Virus record (IMG/VR): IMGVR_UViG_3300028832_000124
DNA: 64,000 bases
DNA from: an uncultured virus (IMG/VR IMGVR_UViG_3300028832_000124)
Lineage: Duplodnaviria; Heunggongvirae; Uroviricota; Caudoviricetes
Strand: one strand, 5' to 3'
Shown: positions 57,798 through 64,000 of the stretch, piece after piece
Layout: the number at the start of each line of letters is the position of its first letter
How positions within the stretch are numbered: the stretch's first letter is position 1
Translations under genes and position numbers: made by a program
The notes under the pieces: generated by a model
Seen by the model: the letters and a program-made list of their open reading frames with translations, nothing else
Databases searched by the model: none
Told to the model about the DNA's origin: nothing

Positions 57798-59321
57798 TTA
57801 ATCGTCTTCTTTTATGAATGTTCCTTTTTCTTCTACGTAATCGACTTGAAGGTTGGCATCGTTGATGACAAACTTCTCTTTCAGACGCTCAGCATTACAG
57901 CCATAGACAATATAGCTGTTTCCTTCCTGAGCGCGTTTCTTGCCAAAGCCAAGCTTACTCATGGTATGCCCGAACTTCTGACCAGAGACAGGCTCCACAT
58001 CGTTATCCCTGCAGAACTGATTGAGGCTTTCAATCATTTCCGACGAAGGAATAAGGACGTACTCTTCATGTACGGCATGAGCCTCTTTGCGCATCTGATA
58101 GCTGTTGACCCATGCCAGCACAGGATTCATCTGCAACTGTGCAAGCAATATCTGTCTGCGGTTGCCCTCGCTCGATGGGAATACGAACTTCCTACGTCTC
58201 AGCTCCCTGCTGCCTCGCAATATCCAGTTGAAGATACCGGGGTACTCAGCAACCAATTCACGGCTCAAAGCAGGATTCTGCTTTTCCTTCGGGATGGTAA
58301 TCTCGAAGCTGATGAACTGCAAGCGTCTGATGAAGCCAAGGCTTTGGTCATCGGAATACGGCAATTCATTGAGGTTGAAGATAAGGAAGGGGATATTGTA
58401 ATTCTCCCTCACGTCCTCACCAAGCTTCCTGTCCGTAACGCTCTCGCCAGATACGATGCGCTTGAAAACGCCCGTGCGCTTTCTGCCAAAGGTACGCTGG
58501 TCTGAATCCGATGACCAGTTGAAGATAGCTTCACGAAGCAAGCGTCTGGCTCTCATACCTTCATCACCTGTGGCAGTAAGATCGTCGTAGTCGAGTCCGC
58601 TGATACGCTCCTTGCCAAAGATACCGATAGCAGTATCATAGATGGTGCTCTTGCCGTTGGCTCCTGCACCAAGGAGAATCAGACACAACTCAATCTTCGC
58701 GGCATTCTTGCCCTCGTAGGGATTGTACACCGTACCGCGCTCCATCAAGCCCAAGCCCAAGAACATCTGTAATATCAGACGGCTGTTCTTATCGGGCAAC
58801 ACCTCATGCAGGAAATTGTTCCATTTGTTGCACTTGGCATTCTCCTTATACTCGTAAGGATGGTAGTACGTCACATGATACTCAGGGCTGAAAGGAAACA
58901 GCCTGTACTCACGCAAGTCCAGGACACCATTCTTGAAAGCTATCAGGTCGGGCCTCGGAATGAGCTGATTGTAATAGCGGATGATGTCGATGAAGTATTT
59001 CTTGCAGACGGTCTTCTCGCCAATCATCGGCACTATCCTCAGATGTTCCAAAAGAAGGTCATAGGCCGTAACTATCAGCTCTTCACGGATAGATACGTAT
59101 ATCTTGCCGTCGAAGAGGTAGAAACTGCCATCATAGTACTTGATAGCAGCTTCCTTGGCCATCTTCCTTATCTTCTCGATGAAGTCCAGCTTCCTCTCTT
59201 GGTATTCCTCGGAAGTCCTGTAGCCCCAGCGGCCCTTGAACTTCTCGAAGTTATAGTCACCACCGGAGCACAGTTGCAAGAGACTGGCAAAAATCTGATT
59301 GATAACTGTACTGTCTGTCAT
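57798..59321 (-). CDS. D5/P4-family SF3 helicase (no evident primase domain)
   Basis: IAFKNGVLD (D5_N), W..FL.EVLPD, GAGANGKST Walker A, N.LP...D...GFIRR. Confidence 0.88.
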   Translation of the reverse strand: MTDSTVINQIFASLLQLCSGGDYNFEKFKGRWGYRTSEEYQERKLDFIEKIRKMAKEAAIKYYDGSFYLFDGKIYVSIREELIVTAYDLLLEHLRIVPMIGEKTVCKKYFIDIIRYYNQLIPRPDLIAFKNGVLDLREYRLFPFSPEYHVTYYHPYEYKENAKCNKWNNFLHEVLPDKNSRLILQMFLGLGLMERGTVYNPYEGKNAAKIELCLILLGAGANGKSTIYDTAIGIFGKERISGLDYDDLTATGDEGMRARRLLREAIFNWSSDSDQRTFGRKRTGVFKRIVSGESVTDRKLGEDVRENYNIPFLIFNLNELPYSDDQSLGFIRRLQFISFEITIPKEKQNPALSRELVAEYPGIFNWILRGSRELRRRKFVFPSSEGNRRQILLAQLQMNPVLAWVNSYQMRKEAHAVHEEYVLIPSSEMIESLNQFCRDNDVEPVSGQKFGHTMSKLGFGKKRAQEGNSYIVYGCNAERLKEKFVINDANLQVDYVEEKGTFIKEDD

Positions 59322-59328
59322 CGGGATA

Positions 59329-60168
59329 TTATTTCAGATTAAACAGTCGGGCAAAGAAGCCACGACCAAGCAGATAGTCGATATACTCCTTACTCTCTTT
59401 GTCTGACTGAGCCAACTCACTAACACGGCCTTTCTGCAGATTCAACTCGGCTTCCATGAGCTTGTTGGACTGCTCAAGAACGTTATTCTTATCCGTCAGC
59501 TTCTTACAGGACTCTTCCAGACGGTTGCAATCCTTGTTAGCTGCCTCAAGGTCCTTATCAGCCAGCTCCTTGGCATGCTGAACGTCCTCTAACTTCTTGG
59601 AAAGATTCTTCTCGCAGATAAGGGTCTGACGATGGGCCTCCTTGAGATTCTTCAACTCCTTGGCCAGCTTCTCGTTGCAGCCCTTCACGTCCTCAAGATG
59701 CTCAGCCAACTCCTTTTTCTCCTTGACATGGGTGTTGATAACCTCGTCAAGCATCGAAACCTTGCTCTCCAAGATGCGAATCTGAGAGAGAGTAGGACGG
59801 ACGCGCTTCTTTACCACCTTGAACGGCATTGCCTCGCCATTATAGCGGTTTACGGTGTAGTTTTCTGTATCTTCCGGGGTATATTCTTCGCCAGCCTTAA
59901 CGGTACACGTCTTGGCATCGTACTTGAGGCCGTTGGCCTCTAACACTTGGAAGAAACGCTTCTTCTCACGCTTGGTAGCATGACGCGCATAGCGCATATC
60001 GGTGCCAGCAGGGCAATCGGACTCACAATAGGGAGCAAGAGCCTTATAACACACATCACTACCAGTATAACACTCGCCAGTAAATACACGGACATTGCCC
60101 AGACCACTGACAATCACATCACCACGCTTAAAAATTCTGTCTTTCGAAATCATAATTCTGCTTTCCAA
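59329..60168 (-). CDS. Coiled-coil hypothetical protein
   Basis: Long C-terminal heptad region. Confidence 0.7.
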   Translation of the reverse strand: MESRIMISKDRIFKRGDVIVSGLGNVRVFTGECYTGSDVCYKALAPYCESDCPAGTDMRYARHATKREKKRFFQVLEANGLKYDAKTCTVKAGEEYTPEDTENYTVNRYNGEAMPFKVVKKRVRPTLSQIRILESKVSMLDEVINTHVKEKKELAEHLEDVKGCNEKLAKELKNLKEAHRQTLICEKNLSKKLEDVQHAKELADKDLEAANKDCNRLEESCKKLTDKNNVLEQSNKLMEAELNLQKGRVSELAQSDKESKEYIDYLLGRGFFARLFNLK

Positions 60169-60380
60169 ATCATGTTCATCACTTCTTCGTAACTCTCCAC
60201 TACTTCAAGGCAGTGGCCACTATAGAATATTTCAGTATGCGCAGGCTTCACCGCACCATACTCGCCCTTCTCTTCCTTATACGACTCTACGCTCTCTATA
60301 CAATCGGAACGTATAGCGCACACGCACCCGTCAATGAGAGCATGGACCTCGATAAACTCCTTATTCAGCTCGCCCATCAC
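60150..60380 (-). CDS. Hypothetical protein
   Basis: C-terminal V.ESYEEV motif. Confidence 0.6.
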   Translation of the reverse strand: MMGELNKEFIEVHALIDGCVCAIRSDCIESVESYKEEKGEYGAVKPAHTEIFYSGHCLEVVESYEEVMNMIWKAEL

Positions 60381-60607
60381 AGCACTTCGTCTTTGTCAAC
60401 GGTCAATAGCGTAGGCTGGAAAGGCTGGCCAAACGTCAGCGTAGCCAACCATATCTTACCTTCCTTCATCACCTGCTGTTTCTCTTCATCAGACAACTCC
60501 CAGCAAGTAACCACCTTATCACCGATAACGGCAGCAGGCAACGGCATGTACTCAGGCTGATTCTCGCCCAAAGTAACATTCACTTCGTCAAACTTCAACG
60601 GCTTCAT
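60377..60607 (-). CDS. Hypothetical protein
   Basis: NQPEYMPLPA...CWELS.EE motif. Confidence 0.7.
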   Translation of the reverse strand: MKPLKFDEVNVTLGENQPEYMPLPAAVIGDKVVTCWELSDEEKQQVMKEGKIWLATLTFGQPFQPTLLTVDKDEVL

Positions 60608-61368
60608 GACTTCTCGGATAAAAGTTCAATGGCACGCTCCAGAGCTTCATCGACAACGCTATCACGCAGACAACGCTCGAACTTACGGCCCTTCTTCACC
60701 TTCTCACGCTCGGCACGATACGACTGCAGCAGCTTCACACATCTGTCTTTCGACATCTTGCCCTCACCATCAGCAGGAACCAGACGGTCTGTACGATGTA
60801 CGTTATCCATCCGTGCAAACTCACGAATCTTACTCAGCGTCTTTTCGCTGGGCTGGAAATCAATGTGACTACGAATCATATCCTTCTCGTTCGGACCCAA
60901 AGGACGTTTCGCCAAGTCAATACCGATATAGTATCTGAGTGGACGGGTATTCTCCCACTTCTTCAATACATCGGCAAACTCAGCGGCAACATCAATGCTC
61001 TTCTTCTCGCATGGGCCACAACCACACTCAAGAAAGCTACGAATCCAAGAATCTGGATCAGGATTGAAAGTAGGAATGACACGCTTGACAAATTCGTCAA
61101 ACTTCACATCTAAGTGCTCTTTCTCACTTTGAATCTGGCTCTCCAAAGCAGTCAACTTCAACACAACATCAGAGACACCAGCAAAAGTACCATCAGGCAA
61201 CTTCACCTCTACATAGTACTTCGTCTCTTCACCAGTAGTCTCAACACTACCTGTTATCTTGCCTACCAGCTTGTCAGTACCAATCTTAACAGTACCTCCA
61301 GCACCAGCAGACACCAATAACTCAGATGCCTTGAAACGTACTAATTCGCCAGTACCATACTTGGCCAT
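60604..61368 (-). CDS. Hypothetical protein
   Basis: 254 aa; first gene of the leftward operon. Confidence 0.7.
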   Translation of the reverse strand: MAKYGTGELVRFKASELLVSAGAGGTVKIGTDKLVGKITGSVETTGEETKYYVEVKLPDGTFAGVSDVVLKLTALESQIQSEKEHLDVKFDEFVKRVIPTFNPDPDSWIRSFLECGCGPCEKKSIDVAAEFADVLKKWENTRPLRYYIGIDLAKRPLGPNEKDMIRSHIDFQPSEKTLSKIREFARMDNVHRTDRLVPADGEGKMSKDRCVKLLQSYRAEREKVKKGRKFERCLRDSVVDEALERAIELLSEKS

Positions 61369-62353
61369 TACACAAGTAGATACAGAACAACAAGATAACC
61401 CATTATGAACGATAAGGACGATTTGAAGGATTTTGCCCGGAACTAAGCCCCTCGCTCTATAATACCTATCTTAAGATAACAGAACCCGATGCAAAGATAC
61501 ACAAAATCATTCATATCATACATATTTATGCAAAAATACCCGTAAATATTAAGGATTTTTAATGAACGATAATATCTGACACCATATTTTACCCTCATTT
61601 TTATGAACGAAATCGTGACATCATCAAAAATGTCAAAATTTCGGTATCGTACATACACGGAATTGTTAAAAAGCTCCGAAAAAATTGGGAAAAAATATTT
61701 TTGAGGTGACAGGGGCGCAAATCTCGTGCCAAAATAGGGGGTGTAGGGGTATTAAAGACTCTTTAACATTATATCTTAATATTCATTAAAATTAAGTGTC
61801 CTGCCTTTTTGTTAGGCTTATTTAACACTATTTCCGATATTATACCTAATAATATAGGATATTATCTTAACACTTTTTAACTTAATATATTTGGTTTAAC
61901 ATATTTTTGCATTTCGCGCCACCTTGTCACTTTGAAAAATCTTGACGCCATTTTGTCACTACACCTTTTCTTGACAATATTTTTGCATACCTATTCATTA
62001 CAATATTGCATATATATTCATGCGCTTGTAACTTACTATATATCAGCACTTTACACGCTTTCACGCTTTTCTGAAATATTGACAAAATCACGCAACGAAG
62101 TAAAGAAGTTTTACACGAAATCCGGCTATCATATTATAGTATATTAACACTATTAACAGATCCCAGGTATTTGTTAACACTCTGACCGGATGCTGCCTGA
62201 TTTGTAAACACTATTTAAGTAATATATTAAAACATTTAACAAATATGCTGCTGTGTGCGGCTACATGTTAAAACGTAACCTATTGAATATCAGCACGTTA
62301 CGCAATATATTTTGTAAAGAAAAAAGACACTTGATAATATCATTTTTTTTTCG

Positions 62354-62361
62354 TAACTTTG
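62354..62361 (+). promoter_or_regulatory. Bacteroidetes-type -7 promoter element
   Basis: TAACTTTG with TTG about 20 nt upstream, before ORF 62444. Confidence 0.55.
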
Positions 62362-62443
62362 TAGTACAAAAGATGAATATTTATAATTTACTAACCGCCT
62401 ACGCTATATGGCACAATAAGTCCGCAGGGCAGCGGCAAAGATT

Positions 62444-62956
62444 ATGAAGAAAGACGAGATTAAGAACGTAGTCGAGAACACGGAGAGCGTAAAGAACGCA
62501 ATCGAGAGCGGAAACGAGCTCACGCAGTCCGAAATCCTCAACGCCTACCTGGCAAATCATGCAGTCGAGCACTTTTGCGCTGCACTGAACGAGAACGAAG
62601 ACGAAGTGAACGAAGTACTTGCAGCCTGCAAGAAGGAAGAAGGTATCTATTGGCTCTACACTCAGCCCGCAATCGACGGCAAGAAGGCCGACGGCACACC
62701 ACTGCCCACACGCGAAGAGTGGGAGCGCCTGAACACTGAGGCCGTGAGGGTTGACAATCTCGCAGGAAAGCAGTGGTACAAGCGCCCGTTCGTTATCGGT
62801 GACGCTCGCGGTGTCAAGTCAGTCGTTAACGCTTACGACCGCTATCAGTCCGCAATTGACGGAGCCGCCAAGAAGGTAGACAACACGCTCGCCGCTGCTG
62901 CTGCTATCTTAGGCGTTAGCGTTGAGGACTTGAAGGCAATGAAGGGCATCAAGTAA
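62444..62956 (+). CDS. Hypothetical early protein
   Basis: 170 aa with biased codon usage. Confidence 0.75.
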   Translation: MKKDEIKNVVENTESVKNAIESGNELTQSEILNAYLANHAVEHFCAALNENEDEVNEVLAACKKEEGIYWLYTQPAIDGKKADGTPLPTREEWERLNTEAVRVDNLAGKQWYKRPFVIGDARGVKSVVNAYDRYQSAIDGAAKKVDNTLAAAAAILGVSVEDLKAMKGIK

Positions 62957-62982
62957 CGCAGAGCACACCACACCACGAAAGA

Positions 62983-63016
62983 CGGGACCGGAAGAAATTC
63001 CGGCCCTATCTTTTTT
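62983..63016 (+). terminator. Intrinsic terminator
   Basis: GGGACCGGAA-GAAA-TTCCGGCCC followed by a T-run. Confidence 0.65.
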
Positions 63017-63027
63017 CATGCCAAATC

Positions 63028-63097
63028 TTTCCGGTAATGCAGCCAGGGGATCTGATTCCCTGATGGTCACAAGCCCACAAATGCAGAGTGACGGAGA
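63028..63097 (+). ncRNA. Twister ribozyme (type P1)
   Basis: P1 TTTCCG/CGGAGA, G-U|AA, P2 TGCA/TGCA, GC, P3 CAGGG/CCCTG, P4 TGG-TCAC-AA-GC-CCA, GA-GTGA (pseudoknot with TCAC). Confidence 0.85.
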
Positions 63098-63148
63098 AAC
63101 GGGCGAGCCGAACGAACAGCCCGAACGAACGAAACGAACGAACGATTT

Positions 63149-63451
63149 ATGAGAACGAACGAACAAACGATGCAGCCGAGCGATCTGGTTGTCATCAGCA
63201 CGGAAACGTTCAAGGACAGAAAGATTGAGGTTTTCCCCGATTTCTTTGTCTACGATTCCAGGACGAGAGCAGAACTCACCAATGCAGGCAGGATTTATCT
63301 CCGTGCATTATGTGATGACTACATGAACGAGAAAGTAACTGTTGAAGAATTGCTCTGCAATCTCGACACGATTTCCAAGGAATTTCCTTGTGACTCTGAT
63401 TTGGTTTATGACAAGATGTTTTTCGAGTTGACCAAAATGATGGAGAGTTAA
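63149..63451 (+). CDS. Hypothetical protein
   Basis: 100 aa ORF after twister 1. Confidence 0.6.
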   Translation: MRTNEQTMQPSDLVVISTETFKDRKIEVFPDFFVYDSRTRAELTNAGRIYLRALCDDYMNEKVTVEELLCNLDTISKEFPCDSDLVYDKMFFELTKMMES

Positions 63452-63454
63452 ATC

Positions 63455-63817
63455 ATGTACGAACGAGAATATAAGGCGAGCGAGGTTGTCAGACAGCTTC
63501 GCCGCCATCAAGCAAAGCGCAATAATGACGAGCGCAGAGAATTGTGTGACGAGATAGAGAGTACGATTCCCTGTCAGCCCCGACTGATAGAGTTCAAGAG
63601 TACGATAACAGTACGAACGGAGCACGAATCAGAGACATTCCGCGCCAAGTATCTGCGAACGAGTACGCATTTCCCCGGAATAGTGCCAGAGCTGGTGAGC
63701 GAGGACGGGCAGGAGTACATGCTGATAACGTGGCTGACCTACGGAAGTCTGCTGAGATTACTCACGGAAGTACGACGAGGTGAACGGATAAAGAACTACC
63801 GTTTCTTCGTATCATAA
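63455..63817 (+). CDS. Hypothetical protein
   Basis: 120 aa ORF. Confidence 0.6.
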   Translation: MYEREYKASEVVRQLRRHQAKRNNDERRELCDEIESTIPCQPRLIEFKSTITVRTEHESETFRAKYLRTSTHFPGIVPELVSEDGQEYMLITWLTYGSLLRLLTEVRRGERIKNYRFFVS

Positions 63818-63890
63818 CACAGAGCAGTGAGCGAGTACGATTCTCGCTCATTAATGTGGCCATCCTTCGGGGTGAGAGTTGCAAGCCTCT
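63818..63890 (+). ncRNA. Twister ribozyme (circularly permuted, P5-type topology)
   Basis: CACA-GA-GCAG, closed P1 TGAGCGAG/CTCGCTCA, U-U|AA, TGTG, GC, P3 CATCC-TTCG-GGGTG, P4 AGAG-TTGC-AA-GC-CTCT. Confidence 0.8.
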
Positions 63891-64000
63891 AACACATAGC
63901 ACGGGCAAGGGCCTGTATAAAGACATATCTGCGGAAACCTCCTGAGAACGGAGTACGACATGGATTCGTTGCACGATGAAATGTCGTGGGATATGACACT

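Larger units (their letters stand above)
85..64000. mobile_element. Temperate siphovirus-like phage/prophage of a probable Bacteroidales host (continues past the right edge)
   Basis: Lysogeny, recombination, replication, lysis, tail, head and packaging modules all present; att-like tRNA fragment at left; TAnnTTTG promoter elements. Confidence 0.95.

Noticed and set aside
61443..62447. Short ORFs in the AT-rich gap
   Set aside because: Low-complexity I/F/Y-rich translations typical of non-coding AT-rich DNA
1..64000. CRISPR array, IS element, integrase, third VR, stop-codon recoding
   Set aside because: None seen by eye. Genes are intact in the standard code and no suppressor tRNA is present. 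A computational TR search could still find a weak extra VR

Overview
Nearly the whole window is a temperate tailed (siphovirus-like) phage or prophage. The host is probably Bacteroidales (Prevotella-like), inferred from TAnnTTTG promoters and gene content. Left to right: the 3' half of a tRNA-Gly(CCC) as att core with integrase arm-like repeats; a CI/Cro-like switch, KilA-N/ANT antirepressor and excisionase-like gene; a ~590 nt structured non-coding tract with two tRNA-shaped RNAs whose anticodon arms are aberrant; an early operon (RecT, YqaJ exonuclease, PAPS-reductase-like, NUMOD4-HNH, initiator with internal iterons, C5 methyltransferase, DUF5131 radical SAM, MazG-like); a leftward late operon (scaffold, capsid, neck, tail, tape measure, fibres, lysis); tRNA-fMet; a divergent TerL-portal-TerS unit; a D5-like helicase/RuvC-like operon; a 1 kb AT-rich gap; and small early genes separated by two twister ribozymes. 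The highlight is a complete diversity-generating retroelement (RT, TR, MutS-like accessory gene) with two targets. One is the adjacent tail-fibre-like gene (20 TR/VR mismatches). The other is a remote, opposite-strand gene in the early operon about 8.5 kb away (24 mismatches). All mismatches fall at TR adenines. Both VRs are followed by hairpins with the same architecture and loops but different stem sequences. No integrase or CRISPR array was seen. Protein calls come from motif recognition and synteny only; no database was searched.
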